A DNA stretch of 64,000 nt from an uncultured Bacilli bacterium. GTDB taxonomy: Bacteria > Bacillota_I > Bacilli_A > RF39 > UBA660. The notes under the pieces are model-generated. The model ran no database searches and was not told the origin of the DNA. It worked only from the letters and a program-made list of their open reading frames with translations. The stretch covers positions 2,962 through 66,961 of the forward strand of contig CALVKF010000002.1 of the NCBI GenBank assembly GCA_944332555.1, read 5' to 3'. Below, one piece after another: positions 1 through 9,921 of this stretch (positions within the stretch are counted from its first letter, which is position 1; every line of letters begins with the position of its first letter). The position numbers were made by a program, and so were the translations under genes.

Positions 1-298
1 CAAAATTAATACAAGTATCTTTAAATCTGCGAAAAGCTCCACTACCATTTAAAGAGATATATAATTGATTGTGAATTTTTACATCTTCTATTTCATCTGC
101 AAAATCAACCATCATATCGTATTCATTAATATCATACTGACTAGGTAAAGGAATGCATTCTTCTAATAAGTCTTCATCTATATCATCAAGAAAATCTGCC
201 CTCATAATGATTTCTTCAGTTTTAGGATTATAATAATAATTCATATCTATACTGGTAAAATCTAAAGATTCAATTACATCATCTAATTTAACTTGCAC
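1..298 (-). CDS. UPF0158-like protein, N-terminal ~99 codons (gene continues past the left edge)
   Basis: Not in the ORF track because it is truncated. GTG at 298-296 is preceded by AGGTGA. The frame is open to position 1 and translates MQVKLDDVIESLDF...HNQLYISLNGSGAFRRFKDTCINF. The GAFRRFKD motif is what I associate with UPF0158. Co-oriented with, and 83 nt downstream of, 382..1791. Confidence 0.4.
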   Translation of the reverse strand, partial: MQVKLDDVIESLDFTSIDMNYYYNPKTEEIIMRADFLDDIDEDLLEECIPLPSQYDINEYDMMVDFADEIEDVKIHNQLYISLNGSGAFRRFKDTCINF

Positions 299-381
299 TT
301 TAATCACCTGAAACTAATATACCAAAGAAATTGGTTATTTACAATATTTATTTTTATATATTACTTTAATTTTTTGAACAA

Positions 382-1791
382 TTATTTTTTCTTTCCTCTT
401 AAATATTTATAATTAAACATATATTTATCAAAATCTTCACCTCTTACTTGACCAACAACTCTAAAAGGTATTTTATTATTCCACAAATTAACATTTAATA
501 CTTCATCTTGCTTATTTTTATTAACAATTAATATATAATCATTTTTTCTTTTTAAAATTATATATTCTTCTTTAGTTACTTCATTTTCAAGTATTGTTTG
601 TACAATAAAACTTTTATATTTTTTTAAATTATTTGTATGTATTGTTTTTAGTATTTGTTTTGTTTTATTATATTGATTTTTAATTTCTTCTATTTCTGTG
701 ATTTTAGCAATATCTATTATTTCATACTTAATATTATTACTTATATTAAGTAATTTAAAATCTGTATAATATGATTTATTATTAATACTTATTTGATATT
801 TATATAATTTTTTTATACTTACATTAAAAACATTATAACTATTATTTTCTTTATTATAAACATAATACAAATTACTATCATTTTTAATTAAAAAACCTCT
901 GGTAATTGATTCATTAAAAGTTATTAATCTAATAATTTTTTCTAATTCATCATTATTAGCAATAGCTCTAACTTGCATTTTCTTATTATCTTTTTTTAAA
1001 TCACAAATTTCTAAATTTGAAAAATATCTATTATTATCTATAACTACTTTAGTATGATACTTATTATTTAATAATATTGCTTTAATACCACTACTATCCA
1101 TTTTATAAATAAAATATTTCTTTTTATTATAAGTTATTAATTTACCTACTTCTATTTTATGTATTTTAATTAATATATTTTTTATATAATTTCTTTGAGA
1201 TAATGTAACAACTTCAATTAGTTTTATTTTATTAATTGGTATTTTATTTAATATAGGATTTATTTCATAATATTTATTAGCTATTTTGATTTTAGTATTA
1301 TTTCTTACTGTTTTTAATTTATATGCATAAACATAATTATAACCAACTTTTTCAATATAAAATTTTTTATGTTTATAAGTAACAATATCCCCCATATTAT
1401 ATTTAAACGATAAATCTTTATTAGCAATAAATTTCATTTTGTATCCCATATTATATAAAATAAATAATCTTTTTTTAATAATTTCTAAATCTTCATTACT
1501 AATATTTCCCATAATTTTAATAAAATTGTTTTTATTAATGATAAAAACTTTACCCAAAAAAACATATGTTTCTTTAGTATTTATAGGCATTTTACTTATT
1601 TTTAATTTTAAATCCCATGGTGTTTTATTAGGTTTAGATGTAGCCATTAGTGAATAAACTCTTTTATTAGTTTTTTTAATAACAATAAATGGCCCATTTT
1701 GGTGTCCCTCAGGAATACTTGACTCTTCTAATTTATTTTTAAATCTTTTGGCCCATATAATATCTCCGAGCTTAATTTTTTCTATATTCAT
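382..1791 (-). CDS. MazF/PemK-like N-terminal domain protein followed by ~4 degenerate internal repeats
   Basis: The first ~115 aa align by eye with MazF: GDIIWAKRF..EGHQNGPFIVI..LMATSKPNK..GNISNEDLEIIKKRL versus E. coli GDLIWVDF..AGHRPAVVLS..CTTQSK..GTVAPEELQLIKAKI. About 80-aa units follow, opening with GDIVTYKHKKFY, VGKLITYNKKKYF, RGFLIKNDSNLYY and KSFIVQT. ATG with RBS, 12 nt after the stop of 1804..2133. Confidence 0.5.
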   Translation of the reverse strand: MNIEKIKLGDIIWAKRFKNKLEESSIPEGHQNGPFIVIKKTNKRVYSLMATSKPNKTPWDLKLKISKMPINTKETYVFLGKVFIINKNNFIKIMGNISNEDLEIIKKRLFILYNMGYKMKFIANKDLSFKYNMGDIVTYKHKKFYIEKVGYNYVYAYKLKTVRNNTKIKIANKYYEINPILNKIPINKIKLIEVVTLSQRNYIKNILIKIHKIEVGKLITYNKKKYFIYKMDSSGIKAILLNNKYHTKVVIDNNRYFSNLEICDLKKDNKKMQVRAIANNDELEKIIRLITFNESITRGFLIKNDSNLYYVYNKENNSYNVFNVSIKKLYKYQISINNKSYYTDFKLLNISNNIKYEIIDIAKITEIEEIKNQYNKTKQILKTIHTNNLKKYKSFIVQTILENEVTKEEYIILKRKNDYILIVNKNKQDEVLNVNLWNNKIPFRVVGQVRGEDFDKYMFNYKYLRGKKK

Positions 1792-1803
1792 TATTAACCT
1801 CTC

Positions 1804-2133
1804 TCAATAAAAATTTAAATGGATTATTTTTACAAATTTTTCTGGATATTTATCTATTAAATATAAAGCTAATTTATTATATTTAGAATTATATTTAGAT
1901 AAAATAAATGTGTGTCTTATAAAAACTATAAGATAATCATCATAACAAACTACAATAAACTTGTTTTTAATTTTTTTAAAACAAGGATCACTTATTATTT
2001 TAGAATCATTAATAATTATTCTATTACGGACATCTTTTAAATTGACATTACATATTTCACTAACTAACTTTTCTAAATAAAAGATCATATGATAGCTTGT
2101 CCAAAGTTTTTTTATACGATATTTTTTAAACAT
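1804..2133 (-). CDS. hypothetical 109-aa protein, paralog of 6358..6702
   Basis: ORF with GGGAGGAAAAT-ATG RBS. Shares W-x-x-x...LExL...VxNxIIIxD...YLIVFI...K(F/I)V...LNFY pattern and C-terminal LNFY with the 6358..6702 product. Confidence 0.5.
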   Translation of the reverse strand: MFKKYRIKKLWTSYHMIFYLEKLVSEICNVNLKDVRNRIIINDSKIISDPCFKKIKNKFIVVCYDDYLIVFIRHTFILSKYNSKYNKLALYLIDKYPEKFVKIIHLNFY

Positions 2134-2234
2134 ATTTTCCTCCCTTCACTATATAATTTCAACAAAAATACCCAAAATTCTTTTTTTTATGAAAAATTTT
2201 TGCAAAAAAATTACAATTTGACACAAATTTTACG

Positions 2235-2272
2235 CAAAAAAGAAGCAAACTTCTAATTTTGAAGTTTGCTTC
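2235..2272 (-). terminator. intrinsic terminator after the glycosyltransferase gene
   Basis: 12-bp stem GAAGCAAACTTC/GAAGTTTGCTTC (2242-2253, 2261-2272), then a run of A on the plus strand (U-run on the minus strand). The hairpin overlaps the stop codon. Confidence 0.6.
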
Positions 2273-3338
2273 GCATTATTTCTAAATTGTTTTTTATACG
2301 TTCATTATCAGGATTAATTTCTAAAGCTTTTGTTGCATGTTTTACAGCTTTGTCTATATCCCCGGTATTATAATATGCTAGTGATAATAAATCATCAATA
2401 GTTTCATCAAAACTAAATACTTCATTAATATATGTTTTAGCATTTATTGGTATGTTTAAAGCGGCATTACAATATTTTATAACCGCTTCCCAATCCTCTA
2501 GTTGATAATAAACTAAAGCAAGTTCAACAAGTGGGTCTCTTAAGTGAGGGGCTTCTTTAATCGCTTCATTATACCAATATACTGCATTATCTATATCATT
2601 TAATCCTAAATAACTTCTAGCTATAAAACGCATTGATGCACATCTTTCATCTTTCCATGTAGCATTTTTTAAAGATAAATGTTTTTTTAGGGTAGTAATT
2701 GCTTCATTCCATTTTCCATAATACATATATTCCCGGCCTAGATAGTGCATATTACGATCATTTTCAGGGTCTTCCTTAACTGATAATTCTAATAATGGTA
2801 AATAAGAATTACGCGATTTGGTTTGATCAGGATAATGATTAATAATTAATTCGTCGGTTGTCTGATAGTGTTCTTCACCACCAGAATACTTTAATATTTC
2901 ATGAACATGATTTACCCATTTATAACCTTTATAAGCATGTATTTTATCTTGATAAAAGCTGACTTTAGGATTATCGTGTTCATCTAGATTCCAATTATAA
3001 ATATATCTAAGTCTTGTAGTATCACTCTTCCAAGCTTTTTTTATGGCATCCTTCCAACCTGGAAGCATCACTTCATCAATATCAATGCATACACATACAT
3101 CTGTATCTTCAGGAATTAATTTTATCGATTCATTACGAGCTTCATCAAAACGGAAGTTAGTAAAAGTTTTTGTCTCTACGATTACTCCAGCATTTTTTAA
3201 TAACTCTACTGAATTATCAGTAGAACCAGTATCTAAAACACATATATAATCTGCATCTTTAATTGATTCTAACCATCTATTAATAAATTTACTTTCATTT
3301 TTACAAATAGCATAAACACAAATTTTGATATCTTTCAT
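2253..3338 (-). CDS. family-2 (GT-A) glycosyltransferase with C-terminal TPR repeats
   Basis: ATG at 3338 with AGGGAG RBS, 7 nt after the collagen-like gene stop. MKDIKICVYAICKNESKFINRWLESIKDADYICVLDTGSTDNS plus CIDIDE resemble a GT2 fold. TPR-like repeats include LGREYMYYGKWNEAI, ARSYLGLNDIDNAVYWYNEAI and LAYYNTGDIDKAVKHATKALEINP. The first 128 aa of the ORF-track entry are the collagen repeat read out of frame. Confidence 0.7.
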   Translation of the reverse strand: MKDIKICVYAICKNESKFINRWLESIKDADYICVLDTGSTDNSVELLKNAGVIVETKTFTNFRFDEARNESIKLIPEDTDVCVCIDIDEVMLPGWKDAIKKAWKSDTTRLRYIYNWNLDEHDNPKVSFYQDKIHAYKGYKWVNHVHEILKYSGGEEHYQTTDELIINHYPDQTKSRNSYLPLLELSVKEDPENDRNMHYLGREYMYYGKWNEAITTLKKHLSLKNATWKDERCASMRFIARSYLGLNDIDNAVYWYNEAIKEAPHLRDPLVELALVYYQLEDWEAVIKYCNAALNIPINAKTYINEVFSFDETIDDLLSLAYYNTGDIDKAVKHATKALEINPDNERIKNNLEIMRSKLQN

Positions 3339-3345
3339 AATCTCC

Positions 3346-4311
<966 letters not shown>

Positions 4312-4402
4312 CTAAAATTTGTTATATAGAAATGATAATTATCTATAAATCTTTGCTTTTTTATATAATATATAATATAATCTTATTGTATAGAGGTACA
4401 TT

Positions 4403-5137
4403 ATGAATATATATACACAATTTAAAATACTTTGTTTAAGATATAATGTAGATGGTAAAAATAGTAAAACATTATGGAATCTAATAAAACCTATTTGTCT
4501 TCATCCAGAATTTAAAAAGAGAAATTATAGTCCTTTTTGGCATAATGATGCTACAACTTTAGGTGAACATATCATGAGTGATGCTATTGTTACCTATAAA
4601 ATGATTTACAAGATTAAAAATAGAAGGAAATTAGATTTTATCAACCTAAAAATTGCTATATACATTGCTATGTTTCATGACCTATATGAAGAACCATGGC
4701 AAAATAACATTAAATCTAAAGGCAAAAAATTTAAAAATCTTCATGGATTTACCCATCCCATTGAAGCAGTTGTTAATGCTATAACTTGGTTTCCCAATAT
4801 ATTTCAAGATGAAGAGGAATCTTTAATGATTATTGATGGAATAATCCACCATATGTATCCTCTACCAGTAAGGGCAATAGATGAATATGCAATAGAATTA
4901 AACAATCAAGAAAAATTTAATCAATTACCAGAAATTTATAAGAAAATGATATTTGTATCTACATACGTTGGAAAAGTTGGAGCATTTTCTTTTAGAAAAT
5001 CATTTTATATTGAAGGAAGAATTATGTCGAAAGCTGATAAATTAGTTGCACTTAGAAAAGAAATATGTAGTGCAGGTGCTTATTTATCACTTATTACTGG
5101 TAAAAATAAAAAATTATTAACAAAAAAGGAAGATTAG
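4403..5137 (+). CDS. HD-domain phosphohydrolase-like protein
   Basis: H...HD...H pattern (GEHIMSD, AMFHDLYE, LHGFTHP, IIHHMYP). Divergent from the collagen-like gene. Confidence 0.5.
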   Translation: MNIYTQFKILCLRYNVDGKNSKTLWNLIKPICLHPEFKKRNYSPFWHNDATTLGEHIMSDAIVTYKMIYKIKNRRKLDFINLKIAIYIAMFHDLYEEPWQNNIKSKGKKFKNLHGFTHPIEAVVNAITWFPNIFQDEEESLMIIDGIIHHMYPLPVRAIDEYAIELNNQEKFNQLPEIYKKMIFVSTYVGKVGAFSFRKSFYIEGRIMSKADKLVALRKEICSAGAYLSLITGKNKKLLTKKED

Positions 5138-5138
5138 G

Positions 5139-6266
5139 ATGAATTATTTATCAATTATAAAAATAGCTGTAGTTACATTTCCCTTTATTGCGTTTTTAAT
5201 AACTTTACCATATATTTTAAGGGAATATCACAAATATGGTTCTGTTTATTGGTATAGAGCTTTAATTATTTATTCTTTTATTTTATATCTTTTGACCGCT
5301 TATTTTCTAGTGATACTTCCTCTGCCAACTAGAGAAGAAGTAATAGCTCTAACAACTCCAACAACACAACTCATACCATTTAATTTTGTTACAGAATTTA
5401 TTACTAAAAGTGGTTTTGTTATAAGTAATTTTTCTACTTATTTTAAAGCTTTAACAAGTAGCTATGTTTTTGTTCCCTTATTTAATATAGTTCTAACTAT
5501 TCCTTTTGGTGCTTACTTACATTATTATTTTAAATTTAGTTTCAAGAAGACTTGTCTTTTTACATTTTTATTAAGTTTATTTTTTGAACTTACCCAACTT
5601 AGTGGCTTATATTTTATATACCCAAGAGGATATCGTTTATTTGATGTAGATGATTTAATACTTAATACTCTCGGTGGCATAATTGGTTATTTTGTGGGAA
5701 CTCTACTTTTAAAATTTTTACCAAATAGAGAAGAAATTGATAATACAGCCCTAGAACTCGGAATGAAAGTATCTGGTTTTAGAAGAACCCTTGCTTATGG
5801 TATTGATTTATTTATTTTTTTAGTTTTTTATATGATTATACGTTTTACCTTTAATATTACATTTGCTTATAACTTTTTCGTATTTGCTTTTATTTATTAT
5901 ATAATTATTCCTTGGATTTTTAAAGGTCAAACATTAGCTTATAAGTTTTTAAAAATAAAAATTATTTCTACCAAACATGATAAAGTAACATTACTTGAAC
6001 TGATTTTAAGGAATTTATTATTCTATACATTTTATTTAGTATTACCTATTTTAATAATTATATTATGTAGTAGTGTTGTTAATTATTTTAATAATACAAT
6101 ATATGTTTATACTATCTTACTTTTAATATTATTTATTTTCTTATATTATGTTATTTCTTTCTTTACTTTAGCTATAAAGAAAACTTTATTTTATGAAAGA
6201 TGGAGTAAAACTAAAATAGTTAGTACCATAAAAACTGATAAGAAAAATGATGATGATACTAATTAG
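5139..6266 (+). CDS. VanZ-like / RDD-domain fusion membrane protein
   Basis: The N-terminal half has the VanZ pattern (IPFGAYL...ELTQLSG...RLFDVDDLILNTLGGIIGY). The C-terminal half has the RDD-type GFRRTLAYGIDLFIF plus TM helices. Starts 1 nt after the previous stop. Confidence 0.6.
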   Translation: MNYLSIIKIAVVTFPFIAFLITLPYILREYHKYGSVYWYRALIIYSFILYLLTAYFLVILPLPTREEVIALTTPTTQLIPFNFVTEFITKSGFVISNFSTYFKALTSSYVFVPLFNIVLTIPFGAYLHYYFKFSFKKTCLFTFLLSLFFELTQLSGLYFIYPRGYRLFDVDDLILNTLGGIIGYFVGTLLLKFLPNREEIDNTALELGMKVSGFRRTLAYGIDLFIFLVFYMIIRFTFNITFAYNFFVFAFIYYIIIPWIFKGQTLAYKFLKIKIISTKHDKVTLLELILRNLLFYTFYLVLPILIIILCSSVVNYFNNTIYVYTILLLILFIFLYYVISFFTLAIKKTLFYERWSKTKIVSTIKTDKKNDDDTN

Positions 6267-6357
6267 TGTCGTAATTTGTCGATTCCTCCCTAGTTTTGTC
6301 GAAGTTAAAGACAAATACTAAAAAATGTAGTATAACTAACTTAAGGAGGTTTTGGAA

Positions 6358-6702
6358 ATGTGGTCTTTAAATGAAAAAATATGGAAAAAGTTGTTTAATC
6401 AACCACAAATGTTAGAATTTTTAGAACACTTTATTAGTGAACTTATGAGTATTGATTATGAAGAAGTGCATAATAATATTGTTGTGGATGCTGATGAAAT
6501 AGTAAATAACGAAAAAATCAATTATAAATTATTTCGTCCTTTTGCATTCTTTATATCTTTTCAAAATTATATTATTATATTTTTGAAAAATGACACTTTA
6601 GAAAAAGCAAAAAATCCTAATAATGCAATATTAGCTAAAAAAGTTGCTGATGAATTTTCTAACAAAATAGTCGTATTATTAAATTTAAATTTTTATGACT
6701 AA
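6358..6702 (+). CDS. hypothetical 114-aa protein, paralog of 1804..2133
   Basis: AGGAGG is 8 nt upstream of ATG 6358 (the ORF track begins at TTG 6352). Same length class and motif order as 1804..2133, ending LNLNFYD. Confidence 0.5.
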   Translation: MWSLNEKIWKKLFNQPQMLEFLEHFISELMSIDYEEVHNNIVVDADEIVNNEKINYKLFRPFAFFISFQNYIIIFLKNDTLEKAKNPNNAILAKKVADEFSNKIVVLLNLNFYD

Positions 6703-6727
6703 AAAAATTAAGGCTCAAATTTGAGTC

Positions 6728-7261
6728 TTAATTTTTGCTTACTTGATATAATTCAACATCAACATTGGTTTCTTGACCAAATAAATCTATAATAATATTT
6801 AAACGGTTATTTTCTAAATCAATATTATCTACTTTACCACTCATACCATTAAATGGTCCATCAATAATATTAACAGTATCACCAACTTTTAGATCTTCTT
6901 CAATATTTACTCTACTCATACCCATATTAGCAAGTATTCTATCAATTTCTTGAGGAAGTAGTGGTGTTGGTTTAGCACCTTTTCCAGAAGAACCAATAAA
7001 TCCTGTAACTCCTGGGGTATTTCTTACTATATACCATGCTTCATCAGTCATAATCATTTCTACTAAAACATAACCTGGAAACATTTTTTTGACTTTTTCT
7101 TTTTTGACACCATCTTTTACTTCAACTTCTGTTGTTTCAGGAATAATTACTCTAAAAATATAATCTTGCATCCCCATAGATTCAATTCTAGCTTCCAATT
7201 TTTCTTTAACTTTAGTTTCATGTCCTGAATAAGTATTTACTACATACCACTCTTTATCCAT
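6728..7261 (-). CDS. nusG: transcription termination/antitermination factor NusG
   Basis: MDKEWYVVNTYSGHE...FPGYVLVEM...KVGDTVNIIDGPFNGMSGKV shows NGN and KOW motifs. ATG 7261 overlaps the secE stop; an alternative ATG is at 7273. Confidence 0.9.
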   Translation of the reverse strand: MDKEWYVVNTYSGHETKVKEKLEARIESMGMQDYIFRVIIPETTEVEVKDGVKKEKVKKMFPGYVLVEMIMTDEAWYIVRNTPGVTGFIGSSGKGAKPTPLLPQEIDRILANMGMSRVNIEEDLKVGDTVNIIDGPFNGMSGKVDNIDLENNRLNIIIDLFGQETNVDVELYQVSKN

Positions 7262-7515
7262 TATGCCACCCATCCTCTAACTAATGACATTATTAAATTC
7301 AATGCCATAAATATCACACATAAAAATACACAAAATACAATTGTTGAAATCGTATACTTTAAAACTTCTTTTGCAGTTGGCCATTTAACTAATTTTAATT
7401 CTTTACCAACTCTCTTTAAATAACTTTCTTTGGGAATATTACTATTCTTTTTTTTCTTTGTTTCCTTCTTTTTGTTTGTAGCTTTTTTTACTTTTTTTAT
7501 CTCTTCTTTCGCCAC
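7261..7515 (-). CDS. secE: preprotein translocase subunit SecE
   Basis: Lys-rich N-terminus, KELKLVKWPT motif and a single C-terminal TM helix. Located immediately upstream of nusG. Confidence 0.8.
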   Translation of the reverse strand: MAKEEIKKVKKATNKKKETKKKKNSNIPKESYLKRVGKELKLVKWPTAKEVLKYTISTIVFCVFLCVIFMALNLIMSLVRGWVA

Positions 7516-7572
7516 TTTTTAACCTCCATTTAAAAAAACACTTTCGTGCTTGCAATTAATATATCACATATT

Positions 7573-8154
7573 TTAAGATTTAGCAAGCACTTTACTCGTT
7601 TTATTACGAATTCTTGTTATAGCATTATATACTTTTTTTACATCAACATTTAATATCTTTGATATTTCTTGGATATCAAAATCTCCAATTAATTTGAATA
7701 TTGATTTTTCTAAATCAGTTAGCTGACAATATATTTTTTGAGCTAGTTCTTGATGATTTTCTTCTTTAATAACTACAGCATCTGGATTTATAACTTTTTC
7801 TTTTAAAATAGATTTGTTGAATGTTTCATCATTTAAAGATATTGAATTTATATAAACACTATCTTTTTTACGATTATTTATTTTAAAATAATTGTTAATG
7901 CGGCGATTAATTAAAATTGTTGCAAATGAAGCAAATGATGAATCATTACTATTAAAAGTATTTATAGCTTGATGTAGGGCCAATAATCCTATATTAAATA
8001 TATCATCTCTTTCAATTTTTAATGCTGTGATTCTAGCTAAATTTTTATTAATTATTACGTTTATTATGTATTTATATTTGTTAATTAAATATTCTTGAGC
8101 AATTTCGTTATTTTCTTGTGCTAAATATACTAATTCATAGTCGTTTTCTATCAT
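7573..8154 (-). CDS. sigH: sigma-70 family factor, SigH-like by synteny
   Basis: Region 2 (DIFNIGLLALHQAINTF) and region 4 HTH (IQEISKILNVDVKKVYNAITRIRNK). Canonical Firmicute position rlmB-sigH-secE-nusG. Start taken at MIENDYELVYL (8154), overlapping the rlmB end. Confidence 0.6.
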   Translation of the reverse strand: MIENDYELVYLAQENNEIAQEYLINKYKYIINVIINKNLARITALKIERDDIFNIGLLALHQAINTFNSNDSSFASFATILINRRINNYFKINNRKKDSVYINSISLNDETFNKSILKEKVINPDAVVIKEENHQELAQKIYCQLTDLEKSIFKLIGDFDIQEISKILNVDVKKVYNAITRIRNKTSKVLAKS

Positions 8155-8812
8155 TTTGATACCCCGCATAGATGAGAATGCCTGCAGCAACTGAGGCATT
8201 TAAGCTTTCCACATTTTGCTCTAGTGGAATGCTTATTAAAAAATCACAATTTTTTTTAACTAAAGGACTAATTCCTTTTCCTTCATTACCAATAATTAAA
8301 ACTTTTTTACCACTAAAATCTACTTGCATATAATCCTCACCAGTTGCATCGGCACCATAAATAAAATATCCTAACTTTTTTAGCTTCTTTATAGCCTCAA
8401 CTAAATTACTAACCATAATAATTTTTACTTTATTAATTGTGCCTGCACTAGTTTTAACAACAGTATCTGTAATTTTAACCGCTCGATCTTTAGGAATAAT
8501 TATTGATGTTATTCCCGCAGCAGCACAAGTTCTAATTATCGCTCCAAAATTATGAGGATCTTCCAAATGATCTAATATAACTAAAAAATCCCCTTCAATA
8601 TCATTTAAACTATAGTACTCATAATCATTTACATCTATTACAATTCCTTGATGATTACCTTTAACAAGTTTATTTAAATAATCATTAGTAACTTTTTCAT
8701 ATTTAACATTGTTTTTTTCACAATATTCTACAATCTCTATTCTGGATGTATAAACTTTCCTAATATCATTTAGTTTAGTTTCTTTTAAAACATTTTTTCC
8801 AAATACTTTCAT
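8135..8812 (-). CDS. rlmB: TrmH/SpoU-family 23S rRNA 2'-O-methyltransferase (RlmB/YacO-like)
   Basis: SpoU motifs LEDPHNFGAIIRTCAAAG, LIIGNEGKGIS and IPLEQNVESLNASVAAGILIY. Confidence 0.8.
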   Translation of the reverse strand: MKVFGKNVLKETKLNDIRKVYTSRIEIVEYCEKNNVKYEKVTNDYLNKLVKGNHQGIVIDVNDYEYYSLNDIEGDFLVILDHLEDPHNFGAIIRTCAAAGITSIIIPKDRAVKITDTVVKTSAGTINKVKIIMVSNLVEAIKKLKKLGYFIYGADATGEDYMQVDFSGKKVLIIGNEGKGISPLVKKNCDFLISIPLEQNVESLNASVAAGILIYAGYQNDRKRL

Positions 8813-8882
8813 AACTACCTCGCTTTTGCTTTTTATTATATCATAATTTATTTAATAATTGTGTCGATTTTTGTCGAATATT

Positions 8883-9839
8883 CTAAATTTCTACTAATAA
8901 ATAGATATAATAAATGGCAAATATAGCCAGCATAACAATTGCTTCTTTTTTATCAATTGTTTTTTCGCTTCTAGCAAATATGAATAACATAAATGAAGAT
9001 AGGAATGTGGCAATAATATCAACTATACCAAATCCTGTTAGTACTACATTACCATAAATTAAAACAGGAAGACCTAAAACTATACAAATATTAAATATAT
9101 TAGTACCAATTATATTTCCAATAGCCATATCATATTCACCTTTTTTAGCACTGGTAACAGTCATTACCATCTCTGGAAGACTAGTTCCAACAACTATTGC
9201 AAACATCGTTATTACCTTTTCACTAATGTTAAGCCTCTCGGCAATATTCTGTGCGGCATTAATAATTAAATCACTACTATAAATAATTAAAATAATTGAT
9301 ACAACTAACAAAATAGCTGATAAAATAGGGCCATATTTAATTTCTTGGGTACCACTATCTTGTTCATTACTTTTTTTAAATAACATTTGAATCAAATAAA
9401 CAACAAATAATAAAAACAGTAAAATTAATATTACAGCATCGGTTCTGGAAAATGTATCATCTGTAAATGGGTTAAAGATACTATCAAGCATAAGAATTGA
9501 AAATACTGTAGTTATAATTAGTAAAAGTGGTAATTCTTTTTTAATTGTTGCATGTTTAACTTTAATTGATCTTACAAAAGCTGCAATGCCAATAATTAGA
9601 AAGACATTGACAACACAACTGCCAACAATATTGGCAAAAGCCATTTCGCCATCACCAGTTGCAACACTCCGAAAAGATATAGCAATTTCTGGTGCACAGG
9701 TACCAAATGCAACAATTGTTAGAGCAATAAGCATTTTTGGAACATGCCATTTTAAGGCAAGTGAAGATGCTGCATCAACTAAAAAGTCTGATGCTTTAAT
9801 AATTATAACAAAACCAATTATTAAATATATTACTTGCAT
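8883..9839 (-). CDS. CaCA-family Na+/Ca2+ (cation) antiporter
   Basis: Two alpha-repeat motifs (GTCAPEIAISF and GTSLPEMVMTV) and about 10 TM helices. Start taken at MQVIYLIIGF with a GGTGG RBS. Confidence 0.75.
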   Translation of the reverse strand: MQVIYLIIGFVIIIKASDFLVDAASSLALKWHVPKMLIALTIVAFGTCAPEIAISFRSVATGDGEMAFANIVGSCVVNVFLIIGIAAFVRSIKVKHATIKKELPLLLIITTVFSILMLDSIFNPFTDDTFSRTDAVILILLFLLFVVYLIQMLFKKSNEQDSGTQEIKYGPILSAILLVVSIILIIYSSDLIINAAQNIAERLNISEKVITMFAIVVGTSLPEMVMTVTSAKKGEYDMAIGNIIGTNIFNICIVLGLPVLIYGNVVLTGFGIVDIIATFLSSFMLFIFARSEKTIDKKEAIVMLAIFAIYYIYLLVEI

Positions 9840-9921
9840 ACTACCACCATTATCTTTATTATACAATAAAAGTTAGTATTTTATAAAGATTTTCAAATAA
9901 AAAGACACTTTTATGTGTCAA

